From: Candidatus Latescibacterota bacterium
Lineage (GTDB): Bacteria > Latescibacterota > UBA2968 > GCA-2709665
Direction of reading: 5' to 3'
Assembly (NCBI GenBank): GCA_965203805.1
Contig: OZ241917.1
Location: forward strand, 2,752,001 to 2,816,000
Length of the DNA: 64,000 nucleotides
This document shows, piece by piece, positions 49,384-59,714 of the stretch; the stretch's first letter is position 1; each line of letters starts with the position of its first letter. Both the position numbers and the translations under genes were made by a program. The notes beneath the pieces are model-generated. The model made no database searches and was not told where the DNA came from. It saw only the letters and a list, made by a program, of their open reading frames with translations.

Positions 49384-50751
49384 ATGGATAACCACTATGA
49401 CGTCATCGTCATCGGGAGCGGGCCCGGCGGTGAAGGCGCGGCGATGAAGGCGACCAAGGAGGGAAAGCGGGTCGCCATGGTGGACGATCGGCCCTCGGTG
49501 GGAGGAACGTGCACGCACCAGACCACGATCCCCAGCAAGGCGCTTCGCCACGCGATCCAGCAACTGGTGGACACGGGCCGTTACCGCGATTCCCGGCTTC
49601 AGGACCTGCTGCGCACGGCGGAGGGCGTCATCCGGCAGCAGGTGGACTTGCGCAAGGGATTCTACGCCAGGAATTTCGTCGACGTGCTCCACGGACGCGC
49701 CGCGTTCGAAGACAGTCATCGAATTCAGGTTCGCCTTCAGAACGGGGGCGCAGGACATTACCGCGCGGACGGATTCGTCATTGCCACCGGCGCAAGGCCG
49801 TACCACCCGCCGGACGTGGACTTTTCACATCCGCGCATCCTGGACAGCGACTCGATCCTGGAGCTTAAGGACCATCCCAGGTCGGTGACGATATATGGCG
49901 CGGGCGTGATCGGCTGCGAGTATGCATCCATTTTCAGGGGCCTGCAGATCAAGGTGAATCTGATCAACAGCCTGGATCGGCTGCTGACGTTTCTGGACGA
50001 CGAAATCGTGGACGCGCTCAGCTATCACCTGCGCGAACAGGGTGTGCTGATCAGGCACAACGAGGAGTACGAGCAGGTGGCGGCGGACGACGACGGCGTG
50101 CGCCTGCACCTCAAATCCAATAAGGAAATCCTCAGCGACTGCCTGTTCTGGGCGCAGGGCCGAACGGGGAATTCGGACGGCATGGGTCTGGAGGAGATCG
50201 GTGTTCAGCGGGACATTCGGGGTTCGGTTGTCGTGAACGACTCGTACCAGACCGCCAGGAAACACATCTATGCGGTTGGCGACGTGGTGGGATACCCCAG
50301 TCTCGCCAGCGCGGCATACGACCAGGGGCGGTTCGCGGCCACCCACCTGATTTTCGGGAAATGCGAGGCCCATCTTGTCAAGGATATTCCGACCGGGATC
50401 TATACGCTTCCCGAAATCAGTTCCGTGGGACTTACTGAAAGGGAATTGACGGCGAACAAGATCCCTTACGAGGTCGGACATGCGTCGTTCAGGCATCTTG
50501 CGCGGGCCCAGATCACCGGACGGACCACCGGGATGTTGAAAATCCTGTTTCATCGGGAGACGCTGGCAATTCTGGGCATTCACTGTTTCGGGTCCGAGGC
50601 GTCGGAGATCGTCCACATCGGCCAGGCGATTATGGCGCAGCAAGGCGCGGGCAATACATTGATGTACTTCATCAACACCACGTTCAACTATCCGACAATG
50701 GCCGAAGCATACCGGGTGGCGGCGCTTAACGGGCTGAACAGGGTGCGATGA
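49384..50751 (+). CDS. sthA: Soluble pyridine nucleotide transhydrogenase
   Basis: [62 protein letters not shown]. Confidence 0.93.
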   Translation: MDNHYDVIVIGSGPGGEGAAMKATKEGKRVAMVDDRPSVGGTCTHQTTIPSKALRHAIQQLVDTGRYRDSRLQDLLRTAEGVIRQQVDLRKGFYARNFVDVLHGRAAFEDSHRIQVRLQNGGAGHYRADGFVIATGARPYHPPDVDFSHPRILDSDSILELKDHPRSVTIYGAGVIGCEYASIFRGLQIKVNLINSLDRLLTFLDDEIVDALSYHLREQGVLIRHNEEYEQVAADDDGVRLHLKSNKEILSDCLFWAQGRTGNSDGMGLEEIGVQRDIRGSVVVNDSYQTARKHIYAVGDVVGYPSLASAAYDQGRFAATHLIFGKCEAHLVKDIPTGIYTLPEISSVGLTERELTANKIPYEVGHASFRHLARAQITGRTTGMLKILFHRETLAILGIHCFGSEASEIVHIGQAIMAQQGAGNTLMYFINTTFNYPTMAEAYRVAALNGLNRVR

Positions 50752-51398
50752 ATGCTCTTGACGTCATCTACATGGACAACCACCTGCTGGTGGTCCGGAA
50801 ACCCGCGGGCATGCTCGTGCAGGGAGACCGTACCGGCGACGTGTCGCTTCTGGAATACGGCAAGGCGTACGTGAAGACGGCGTTCAACAAGCCGGGCGAC
50901 GCCTTTCTGGGGCTGGTGCATCGGCTGGACCGGCCGACGTCCGGCGTAATGGTCTTTGCCCGGACCTCCAAGGCGGCTGCCAGGCTGTCCGAACAGTTTC
51001 GTACCCAAAAAATAGGAAAGGTGTACTGGGCGCTGGTGGAGGGGAAGACGCCGGGCGCGGGCCGGATGGCCGACAGGCTGTTGCGCGCCGGACCGTCAAG
51101 CGCCGTGTCCGACAGGGGCCGGGAGGCGGCGCTCGGGTTCCGGCGATTGCGGTTCGAACGCGGGATTTCCTGGGTGGAGGTGCGGCCGGAAACGGGAAGG
51201 CACCACCAGATCCGGGTTCAGTTCGCGCACCGCGGGCATCCTGTTCTCGGCGATTTCCGGTACGGATCGAGGATCCGATTTCCGGCGAAAAGCCTGGCGC
51301 TCCACGCACGGTCGCTCACGCTGTCGCATCCGACCCGGCATGAGGAGATGACGTTCAACGCGGCGCCCGAGGCGTACTGGCCGTCGAGATTCCGGTAG
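50748..51398 (+). CDS. RluA-family pseudouridine synthase
   Basis: [33 protein letters not shown]...HP. Confidence 0.92.
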   Translation: MNALDVIYMDNHLLVVRKPAGMLVQGDRTGDVSLLEYGKAYVKTAFNKPGDAFLGLVHRLDRPTSGVMVFARTSKAAARLSEQFRTQKIGKVYWALVEGKTPGAGRMADRLLRAGPSSAVSDRGREAALGFRRLRFERGISWVEVRPETGRHHQIRVQFAHRGHPVLGDFRYGSRIRFPAKSLALHARSLTLSHPTRHEEMTFNAAPEAYWPSRFR

Positions 51399-51582
51399 CG
51401 CAAACCCGCTGGACAATAGAAACAAAAGGCGCAGAGGGCACAAATCGTGTAAGGCAGTGTGGAAGCGCCCGCAATCCGGTCGCAGGCGCGGCGGCCAACA
51501 AGCAAGCGACAAGGTCACCCACGTTCAGGACGGAGACCGGGTTTGCACAGGCGTACAACAAACCGTTGAAAGGAGAGAGTTG

Positions 51583-51978
51583 GTGAACCAGAACGAACAG
51601 CAGCCATTGACCGAGATACAGGTTGATCGGACCAACCTGTACCGTGAGGAAAACTACACGGACCTGAAGGTGGCGTCGATTCGGAGACTGGTGCCGGTAA
51701 ATCAGGATGGATCGCCGGACGGGACCCGTCGTCAGAAGTTTATCGGACAGACCCATCTGATGTCTCAGGTCGGTCCGCTCCCGGTGCAATGCGACATCGA
51801 AGCCGCGGACCTGGAAGAAGCGCTCCGGAAGTTCCCGCAGGCCCTTGCGAGGGCCGTCGAGGAGATGATGGAGGATGCCAAGGAAAGGCGGCGACAGGAA
51901 TCCTCCCGGATCGTGGTGCCTGGCGCCGGCGGATTGCCGGGCGGGCAGCCGCCGGGCGGCTCCATAAATCTGACGTAA
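51583..51978 (+). CDS. Conserved hypothetical cytoplasmic protein
   Basis: NLYREENYTDLKVASIRRLVPV..DG..D..R, ending SRIVVPG; RBS AGGAG upstream. Confidence 0.75.
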   Translation: MNQNEQQPLTEIQVDRTNLYREENYTDLKVASIRRLVPVNQDGSPDGTRRQKFIGQTHLMSQVGPLPVQCDIEAADLEEALRKFPQALARAVEEMMEDAKERRRQESSRIVVPGAGGLPGGQPPGGSINLT

Positions 51979-52085
51979 CGCGCCGGCTCGAGCGAATATT
52001 CTGTCCCGGAAGCCGCCGGGCAATGGCGGCGGATATCTCCTGTTTCCGGCTCTGAACGGGGCGCATTGGAGTGCGCCCTGTTTTT

Positions 52086-52958
52086 TTACGCCAGCAGGGG
52101 TTTCATGGCCTCTTTGAGTTCGTCCAATTCAATTTCCGTGAGGGGCTTTACGGGTTTGCGGCACGGGCCCACGGGTCTGCCGGACAGATTGGTTGCGGCC
52201 TTTACGGAAGCGTTGTATACGTGGGTCCAGAAAAAACGGTTGGCGGGAAACATGCGACGCCAGAGGTCACGGGCTTCGGCGAGATTCCCCCCGGCGACCA
52301 GATTGTACAGATCTACGGCTTCTTTCGGCATGGCGTTGACCGCCCCCCAAACGCAGCCGGGGCACCCGGCAACCAGGCTGAAGAAGGCGATGGGGTCCCC
52401 GCCGTTGAAGACCCGTGCGCCAACGGCCAGCAGTTCCTGGATGCGCAGAATGTCGGCCATGCTGTCCTTGATGTATTGAATGTTCTGGATTTCCATAAGG
52501 CGTCTGAAGAAGGCAGCCGTGATGTCGATGCCGGTGTGGACGGGGATGTTGTAGACCATGATGGGCGTACTGACGGCTTCGGAGATTTCCGCGTAGTGGT
52601 CGTACACGCCTTCCATGTCGGGGCCTTCAAAGTAGGGAGGGAGTACCAGGAGGCAATCCGCGCCGGCGCCTTCCGCGTGTCTGGCGTATTCGATCGTCTC
52701 CGACGTACTGACGGCGGAGGCCATGGCAACGAAGTCGGCCCTGCCGTCGATGTGGTCGGAAGCCAGTTCGACAAGCCGCCTGCGTTCCTCCGGCCGCAAA
52801 CAGGCGAACTCCCCCGTGCCCCCGTTGACGAGGATGCTGTGGACGCCGGCTTCCAGCATGGCGTCGATATGATTTCTCAGCGCGGTTTCGTCGATCCGTT
52901 CGCCGTCGTCCGTAAAGGGCGTGCAGAGTGCCGCGCAGATGCCTTTGAGCTGTTTCAT
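52086..52958 (-). CDS. DapA/NanA (class I aldolase) family protein
   Basis: TPF, GGTGEF, VYNIP, IKDS Schiff-base Lys. Confidence 0.9.
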   Translation of the reverse strand: MKQLKGICAALCTPFTDDGERIDETALRNHIDAMLEAGVHSILVNGGTGEFACLRPEERRRLVELASDHIDGRADFVAMASAVSTSETIEYARHAEGAGADCLLVLPPYFEGPDMEGVYDHYAEISEAVSTPIMVYNIPVHTGIDITAAFFRRLMEIQNIQYIKDSMADILRIQELLAVGARVFNGGDPIAFFSLVAGCPGCVWGAVNAMPKEAVDLYNLVAGGNLAEARDLWRRMFPANRFFWTHVYNASVKAATNLSGRPVGPCRKPVKPLTEIELDELKEAMKPLLA

Positions 52959-53136
52959 TCCGGTCTCCTCACATCGATGAATCGGACGCCCGGGGCGTGG
53001 AAATCGCAGCCGCCGGCGAGGCGACTCCGGTGGCCGGCCCGAAGGGCATTTTGCGAAGTTAAGGTGAATTTCCGTTTTCTCCAAGAACGCTTTCGGGAGG
53101 GTGAATCTCCCAGAGCATCACGGGGTGAGAAGGGCC

Positions 53137-53165
53137 TTGACACTTCCCGGGGAAAGATCAATATT
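53137..53165 (+). promoter_or_regulatory. Possible sigma70 promoter
   Basis: TTGACA (53137-53142), 17 nt, AATATT (53160-53165) upstream of 53247. Confidence 0.4.
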
Positions 53166-53246
53166 GGCGGAAATCGGAAACGGTCCTAACGCCGGGCACA
53201 ACGCCACCTATGGGCTCGCATCTTCGGTTTATCGGAGGAGGTTGAC

Positions 53247-55046
53247 ATGTCGCAGGTCAGGGAAGTTGGCATTCCGGTTCGCGCGGTAAACCGGGCGCAG
53301 TTATTCGCAGGGCGAAACAGCGCAGGCGACCCGTGTCTGTATGCGACGATGTCGCAACAGGCGGCGAATCTTTTCGTCCTGCAGATCGATCCGGAAACCG
53401 GTCGGTTGCGTCAATTCTGGCCCGACGTTCCGGATTCGAACTATACCACAGCGGTATACCAGGCCCGAAACGGGCGGCTGTACATCGGGGCCGCGCACTC
53501 GGGGCAACTGTACTGCTTCGACCCCGAGCAGGACGATCTGGTGAATTTCGGCACGATCAATGGAACGGCGGCCATTTTTCCGTGCAGCATCGTCGAGGAT
53601 TCAAAGGGGCTGATCTGGATTTCCAGCTACGGCACGGCGGACCTGACGAGCTTCAATCCCGAAACCGGGGAGTTTACCCGGTACGGACGGCTGGACGAAG
53701 TGGATATGTACGCCTACTGCCACGTGAACACCGACGACACGGTCGCTTCGCTGATCATGCAGACCCGGCCGCACGTGGTGGTCCTGGACCCGAAGACCGG
53801 CGAAAAACGCACGGTCGGGCCGGTGGTTACGCGCGGCGAGGGGTCGCTGAACCTTCACCGCGGGGCTGATGCCAACCTCTATATTGAATCGAGCGAAGGG
53901 AACTATCGCCTCGAGGGCATGAACGCCGTACCGGTGGAAGCAACCGTACCGGCGGAATCCGTCACGCCGAAACTGCCCGACGGCAGCACCTTCCGCTTCG
54001 TGGACGCGGTTGAGCAGACGTGCCGGATTCTTGAAATTACGGATCCCGGGGGCGCGGCGAAGACCTTCAATATCGAATTCGAGGCGGCCGGAACCGATAT
54101 CTTCTGCCTGCACGGCGGGCCCGACGGATGCGTTTACGGATCCAGCGTCCTGCCGGAGCGGCTGTTCCGCTACGACCCGGGCGGGGACGACCTAGCGGAC
54201 CTGGGCATCTGTTCGACCGCTACCGGCGAGGCATATTCGATGGCGAATCTCGACGGGAAGGTATACATCTCCTCGTATCCCGGCGCGAGAATCTCCATTT
54301 ACGATCCGTCGCAGCCGTACCGTTTCGGCGAAACCCGGGGCAGCAATCCGTGGGACATCGGGCGGGTGGACGACATATCGTACCGGCCGCGTACGACGTT
54401 GGCGGGTCCCGGCGGAAAGGTCTGGCTGGCATCGATTCCGGACTACGGAATGTGGGGCGGACCGATCTCATACTACGACCCGCGGACGGAAGAAAAGAAG
54501 GCGTTCTATCGCATCGTGGGAGACGGAAGCTGCTATACGCTGGCGCATCTGGAGGCGGAGTCTCTGATCGCCGTCGGCACAACCATCAGTGCGGGAAGCG
54601 GGACCGAGCCCAGGGTGGACGAGGCCGTGCTTTTCCTCTTCGATTACAATAACGAAGAGAAAGTGTGGGAAGGCACGCCAGACCCGCCGGTACACGTCTT
54701 CAATGCGCTGGCAGCCGTACCGGACGGAAGGCTTTTCGGGACGTTCAGCGGCGATGAGCGGGGACCTGAGTTCTTTGTGTTCGACCCCGCGACGCGGGCG
54801 TTTACGGATCGCTTCGCCGCGCCGGAGGGCGGCCCGGTGGACAACGGGCTGCAGCTGGGGCCGGACGGGATGATCTACGGCCTCACCCACACCCTGATCT
54901 ACCGGCTTGATCCCGGTTCGCTGAAATTTGACGTGATCGTGGAATTGGATGAGAGATTGACCGGCCACGCGGCGGCCGGGCCCATCGTTGGCAGGGATCT
55001 CTATTTCTCTTCCGGGCACCGGCTGATGGCCGCGGAGATATTGTAA
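53247..55046 (+). CDS. Beta-propeller (Vgb/PQQ-like repeats) hypothetical protein
   Basis: Repeated GPDG.(V/I)YG and LF.(Y/F)DP motifs; RBS GGAGGAGG. Confidence 0.7.
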   Translation: MSQVREVGIPVRAVNRAQLFAGRNSAGDPCLYATMSQQAANLFVLQIDPETGRLRQFWPDVPDSNYTTAVYQARNGRLYIGAAHSGQLYCFDPEQDDLVNFGTINGTAAIFPCSIVEDSKGLIWISSYGTADLTSFNPETGEFTRYGRLDEVDMYAYCHVNTDDTVASLIMQTRPHVVVLDPKTGEKRTVGPVVTRGEGSLNLHRGADANLYIESSEGNYRLEGMNAVPVEATVPAESVTPKLPDGSTFRFVDAVEQTCRILEITDPGGAAKTFNIEFEAAGTDIFCLHGGPDGCVYGSSVLPERLFRYDPGGDDLADLGICSTATGEAYSMANLDGKVYISSYPGARISIYDPSQPYRFGETRGSNPWDIGRVDDISYRPRTTLAGPGGKVWLASIPDYGMWGGPISYYDPRTEEKKAFYRIVGDGSCYTLAHLEAESLIAVGTTISAGSGTEPRVDEAVLFLFDYNNEEKVWEGTPDPPVHVFNALAAVPDGRLFGTFSGDERGPEFFVFDPATRAFTDRFAAPEGGPVDNGLQLGPDGMIYGLTHTLIYRLDPGSLKFDVIVELDERLTGHAAAGPIVGRDLYFSSGHRLMAAEIL

Positions 55047-55047
55047 A

Positions 55048-56715
55048 ATGGGCAACGTGTGGAAACCCGAGCCTGAAACGAGGGATGTGTTGCTGGATGC
55101 CGTCCCCGGGATTCTCGCGGACCAGCGCGAAGACGGACGGTTCGGCACTGCGCCCTGGATCTGCCGCGACCAGGAAGCGATCTTTCCCCTGGCCGCCGCC
55201 TGGAGCCTCGAGGATAGTCCCTATTATCGCGACGAAAGCGTGCTGGCGGCAATTGTGCGCGGCGGCGACGCGCTGATTGAAGCCCAGGACGACGCGGGGA
55301 TGTGGACCTTTCTGAAAAAAGACGACTCGGAATGGGGACAGATCTACATGCCCTGGACGTACAGCCGGTGGATTCGCGCGTATCAGCTGGTGCGCGAGGG
55401 AATGGAGGGCGGGGCGCGAGCACGGTGGGACGCCGCCCTGACTCTGGGATTCGAGGGGATCTCAAGAACGTGTCTCTCGCACGTTCACAACATTCCGACC
55501 CACCACGCGATGTCCCTCTATTGCGCCGGGATGGTGTTTGAGCGCCAGGATTGGAAGAGGCAGGCGCAGGAATTCATCCACGGGGTCGTGGCGGCGCAGT
55601 CCCCGTTCGGATGGTGGACCGAGAACGTGGGGCCGGTCGTATCCTACAACTACGTGTATTCGGACGCGATGGGCGTTTACTACAGGATGTCCGGGGACAC
55701 GGTGGTGCTCGAAGCGCTCGAACGGGCGGCCCGGTTCCACGCGAACTACACGTATCCGGACGGCAGCGCGGTGGAAACGGTGGATGAGCGAAACGTCTAC
55801 AGCAGCGGGGTACGGCTGGGCAATCCGGGATTCAGCCTCACGGCGGCAGGGAGAGGGTACCTTGCCCGCCAGCATCGACTCTTCCTGGCCGGCGGCGGAT
55901 CGTTCGACGTCGATTACGCCACGAACATGCTGCTCTACGCGGGTGAAGGGGAGATCGAGGAGACGGCGGCCGACCGGGAAACGCATACCTGGTCAATGGA
56001 CGGCGATGCGTTGATCGTCTCGAGCAGGCCCTGGTTCCTGAGTCTGTCGGCCTATTGCTGTCCGTTGAACGAGAACCGGTTCCGGCAGGACCGGCAGAAC
56101 TTCGCAAGCGTCTTTCACGAGGCAACCGGGTTGATCGTGGGCGGCGGGAATACGAAGTTACAGCCGCTGTGGAGTACTTTCACCGTGGGGGATACGTCGT
56201 TGATGCGGCACGCGCCGGGGGATTCAGATCCGGACTTCGGGCCGTTCGAGGGGCTGGCGCATATTCCGGACAAAGCGGAAATCCGCGCGGATGAAGCAGC
56301 GCCGGGCATCGATTTGCACTATGGAGGGGACGTTGGTAAAGTGACGTTCATTCCGCGGGGAGACACGCAATTGCTCCTGATTCTCAAGTCGTCCGATCAT
56401 TCCGGAAGCGGAATGGAAGCGCACGTGACGTTGATCCCGCGTCTGAAGGAGGCGCTGCGGTCGTCGACCGGCGAGCGCGCTGAATTGGAGACGGATGTTG
56501 TGGAATGGACGGGGGCGGACGGCGCCTGGTTCGAGCACGCGGGATGGCGGCTTTCGAACCCCGAGGGCGCACGGCTCGTATGGCCGGCGTTGCCGCACAA
56601 CGCGTACACAAAGGGAGGAGAGGCCGGCGTCGGGCAGGCGCGGTTGGTGCTCGCGCTGCCCTTCAGCGAAGACAGGAGCCGGTACGAACTGAGCATGGAC
56701 ATTCTTCAGGAGTGA
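55048..56715 (+). CDS. Hypothetical protein, possible alpha/alpha-toroid carbohydrate-active enzyme
   Basis: HNIPTHHA, QSPFGWWTE..GP..SYN.VY, YPDGSAVETVDERN; begins 1 nt after the upstream stop. Confidence 0.6.
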   Translation: MGNVWKPEPETRDVLLDAVPGILADQREDGRFGTAPWICRDQEAIFPLAAAWSLEDSPYYRDESVLAAIVRGGDALIEAQDDAGMWTFLKKDDSEWGQIYMPWTYSRWIRAYQLVREGMEGGARARWDAALTLGFEGISRTCLSHVHNIPTHHAMSLYCAGMVFERQDWKRQAQEFIHGVVAAQSPFGWWTENVGPVVSYNYVYSDAMGVYYRMSGDTVVLEALERAARFHANYTYPDGSAVETVDERNVYSSGVRLGNPGFSLTAAGRGYLARQHRLFLAGGGSFDVDYATNMLLYAGEGEIEETAADRETHTWSMDGDALIVSSRPWFLSLSAYCCPLNENRFRQDRQNFASVFHEATGLIVGGGNTKLQPLWSTFTVGDTSLMRHAPGDSDPDFGPFEGLAHIPDKAEIRADEAAPGIDLHYGGDVGKVTFIPRGDTQLLLILKSSDHSGSGMEAHVTLIPRLKEALRSSTGERAELETDVVEWTGADGAWFEHAGWRLSNPEGARLVWPALPHNAYTKGGEAGVGQARLVLALPFSEDRSRYELSMDILQE

Positions 56716-56811
56716 GGATCGAGCATACGCATGGCGCCAACACCAGCCGACCCGGCATGAGGGATGCAGGCCGCAGTTTCGGCTGTATGCCGGATCCGAT
56801 TGGAGGGTACC

Positions 56812-57225
56812 GTGGGAGATAAAATCCGGAAGACCGACGAGGAATGGCGGCAGATGCTCACGCCGGAACAGTACCACGTAACGAGAAGAAGCGGAACGGA
56901 ACGGGCGTTTACGGGCCGGTATCACGACTTCAAGGGGACGGGGATCTACCTTTGTGTGTGCTGCGGAAACGAACTCTTCCGTTCGGACACCAAGTATGAT
57001 TCCTGTACGGGCTGGCCCAGCTTCTGGGCGCCGACGGATAACGCAAACGTGGAAACCGAAACAGATTCGTCCTACGGCATGGTGCGGACGGAGGTGAAGT
57101 GCAGCCGGTGCGACGCCCATCTCGGACATGTGTTCGACGACGGGCCCCAACCCACGGGACTGCGGTACTGCATGAATTCCGCGGCGCTGGACTTTTCGGA
57201 GAAAGATTCGGACGAAGGAGTTTGA
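56812..57225 (+). CDS. msrB: Peptide-methionine (R)-S-oxide reductase
   Basis: [40 protein letters not shown]. Confidence 0.95.
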   Translation: MGDKIRKTDEEWRQMLTPEQYHVTRRSGTERAFTGRYHDFKGTGIYLCVCCGNELFRSDTKYDSCTGWPSFWAPTDNANVETETDSSYGMVRTEVKCSRCDAHLGHVFDDGPQPTGLRYCMNSAALDFSEKDSDEGV

Positions 57226-57310
57226 AGAATTTTCCGCAAAGCCCGGCCATGCATGGCCGTCACACCTTGAATGACAGTCCGAAGACGCCCCGATCACTGA
57301 GGAGACATCG

Positions 57311-57772
57311 ATGAGTTTGAATTTCGCCACAACTGAAATCGAGTCGCAGCCCATTGTTGGCATCCGCGCCACAACCTCGATGGAGGAGATCGCCCAGGTC
57401 ATCGGCGCCCTTTTCGGCGAGATCATGGAATACCTCACCCGGAACGGTCTTGCGCCGGCGGGGATGCCCTTTACCATTTACCACGAGATGGACCACGAAA
57501 CGTTGGAAATGGAATGCGGGATGCCGGTGGCTTCGACCGTAGAGGGCACCGGGCGCGTTCGGCCGGGCGAACTGCCCGCGGGAAAGGTCGCGACCGTTAC
57601 CCATATGGGGCCATACGAACAATTGGGGCAGACGTGGTCGGCTCTGAAGGAGTGGATGGACGAAGCGGGTCTGGAGGCGGCGGGCGCGCCGTGGGAGGTC
57701 TATATGACGGACCCGGGCGAGGAGCCCGACCCGTCGAAATGGCGCACCGACATCTTTTTCCCCGTGCATTGA
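57311..57772 (+). CDS. GyrI-like small-molecule-binding protein
   Basis: LPAGKVATVTHMGPYEQL, PWEVYMTDP, RTDIFFPV. Confidence 0.88.
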   Translation: MSLNFATTEIESQPIVGIRATTSMEEIAQVIGALFGEIMEYLTRNGLAPAGMPFTIYHEMDHETLEMECGMPVASTVEGTGRVRPGELPAGKVATVTHMGPYEQLGQTWSALKEWMDEAGLEAAGAPWEVYMTDPGEEPDPSKWRTDIFFPVH

Positions 57773-57881
57773 GCGGAAGCGGGTAACACAAGTCCAGTGG
57801 AATCCGGATGGGCCGTTTGCGGACAGGCATCGGCCTTCGTTTACGTAATCGGGATATCAATGGCGGCTGAAGGAGCAGAGG

Positions 57882-58694
57882 ATGAAATATCGATTTGCCG
57901 AGATGATCTGGTATGAAATCAAGGAGGCCGCGGAGCAGGACCGGGTCGCGGTTCTGCCGGTGGCGACATACGAGGATCACGGCCCTCATCTTCCGGTGGA
58001 TACCGACGTTGTTCTCTGTACCGGAATCTGCGAACGGGCCGTGTCGCGGATCCCGTCCGAGGCCGTTCTGGCGCCGGCGGTCCCGCACGGGTACAGCCCG
58101 CACCATATGGATTTTCACGGGACGCTCACGATCACGTGGGATACCTTCATCCGATACGTCAAGGACGTCTGCTGCAGCCTCGCCCACCACGGCTTCAAGC
58201 GGATCCTGGTCGTGAACGGCCACGGAAGCAATACGTCCCCGCTGGATCTGGCGGCCCGGCTGTCGGTCATCGAATACGAGGGCAGAATCCTGTGCGGCTC
58301 GGTGAATCATTGGGGACTCCGGAAAGTGAAGGAAGTCGGTCGCGAGTTGAGGGAATCGGACTACGGCGGGACCTCTCACGGAGGAGAGTTCGAGACGTCC
58401 CTGTACCTCGCATTGAAGCCGGACCTGGTGGATATGAGCAAAGCGGTTGACGAGCGGTCGCCCCTCTCGAACAGTTTCCAGTCCGACCTGCTGGCAGGCG
58501 GCCATCCGGATGGGTCCAGCGCGAATTTTACGCCGTACTGGAGCACGAAAACGGCCAGCGGCGTGATGGGCGACGCGACAAAGGCCAGTCGCGAGAAGGG
58601 GGAGAAGTTCCTGGAGGCGGCCACTGAGGGCCTGATCGAACTGGTTCGGGAACTCCGGGCGACGGAGATCATGGACCGGCGCGACCAGCATTGA
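57882..58694 (+). CDS. Creatininase/amidohydrolase family protein
   Basis: EDHGPHLPVDTD, SPHHMDF.GT, NGHGSN, HGGEFETS, GVMGD. Confidence 0.9.
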   Translation: MKYRFAEMIWYEIKEAAEQDRVAVLPVATYEDHGPHLPVDTDVVLCTGICERAVSRIPSEAVLAPAVPHGYSPHHMDFHGTLTITWDTFIRYVKDVCCSLAHHGFKRILVVNGHGSNTSPLDLAARLSVIEYEGRILCGSVNHWGLRKVKEVGRELRESDYGGTSHGGEFETSLYLALKPDLVDMSKAVDERSPLSNSFQSDLLAGGHPDGSSANFTPYWSTKTASGVMGDATKASREKGEKFLEAATEGLIELVRELRATEIMDRRDQH

Positions 58695-58703
58695 GGGAAA
58701 CGC

Positions 58704-59705
58704 GTGAAGACGAATGTATTCACCAGCGGACGGAATGGGTACCACACGTACCGGATTCCGGCGCTGCTTGCTGCGCCCGGGGGATCGCTGCTGGCCTTTT
58801 GCGAAGGGCGGCGCAACGATCGGTCTGACCACGGAGATATCGACCTCCTGGTGAAGCGTTCGGAAGACAGGGGGCGTTCCTGGTCGGCACAGGCAGTCGT
58901 CTATTGTGAAGCGGGAGAAGTGACCATTGGCAATCCCTGTCCCGTGGCTGACGCGGAGACGGGCGCGATTTCGATGTTGTTCTGCAGAGACAATGTCGAT
59001 GTGCTGGTCACGCGTAGCACTGACGACGGGAGGACGTGGTCCGATCCCATCGACATCACGAAGGATGTGAAAGAGGAAGCGTGGGCCTGGTACGCGACCG
59101 GGCCGGGGGTGGGCATCCAGCTCAGGAGGGGCGCGCGGAAAGGGCGACTGCTGATTCCCTGCGACCACAGGAACCCGGAAGCGTACGACTGCGGTTCCCA
59201 TTCGGTTTACAGCGACGACGGCGGGGCGTCCTGGCGGCTCGGTGGTACGGTCCGGCCGGGGGCCAACGAGTGCCAGTTCGGCGAACTCGCGGACGGGACG
59301 GTCGTCCTGAACACCCGGATGCAGACGCACAGCGAAGGGTACCGCGGAACCGCGTTCAGCCGGGACGGCGGCGAGTCCTGGACCGGGTTCCAACATGACC
59401 GCAACCTGCCCTGTCCCAAATGCCAGGCCAGCATGGTCGAAGGCGAAGCCAAAAACAGCCTGCTGTTTTCGAATCCCGCTGCGCCGGGGCCCGCAAGACC
59501 GGATGGGGGAGCGCGAGTGAACATGACCATCCGATCGAGTAACGACGGCGGCAAAACCTGGTCCTCGGGTAAACTGTTGCACGAAGGCCCGGCGGCGTAT
59601 TCCTGCCTTGCGTTGCTTTCGGACGGCTCGGCCGGCTGCCTGTACGAAGCAGGATCGGTATCGCCGTACGAGCACATTGTTTTCGAGCGTTTCAGGTTGG
59701 AATGA
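58704..59705 (+). CDS. Sialidase-like (GH33/BNR) protein
   Basis: YRIP motif; Asp-boxes SEDRGRSW, STDDGRTW, SDDGGASW, SRDGGESW, SNDGGKTW; AAYS. No signal peptide. Confidence 0.9.
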   Translation: MKTNVFTSGRNGYHTYRIPALLAAPGGSLLAFCEGRRNDRSDHGDIDLLVKRSEDRGRSWSAQAVVYCEAGEVTIGNPCPVADAETGAISMLFCRDNVDVLVTRSTDDGRTWSDPIDITKDVKEEAWAWYATGPGVGIQLRRGARKGRLLIPCDHRNPEAYDCGSHSVYSDDGGASWRLGGTVRPGANECQFGELADGTVVLNTRMQTHSEGYRGTAFSRDGGESWTGFQHDRNLPCPKCQASMVEGEAKNSLLFSNPAAPGPARPDGGARVNMTIRSSNDGGKTWSSGKLLHEGPAAYSCLALLSDGSAGCLYEAGSVSPYEHIVFERFRLE

Positions 59706-59714
59706 GAAACCCCC

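Noticed and set aside
51400-51546. GCAAACCCG...CGGGTTTGC inverted repeat as a MITE
   Set aside because: Only 9 bp, with no clear target duplication and no second copy in the window.
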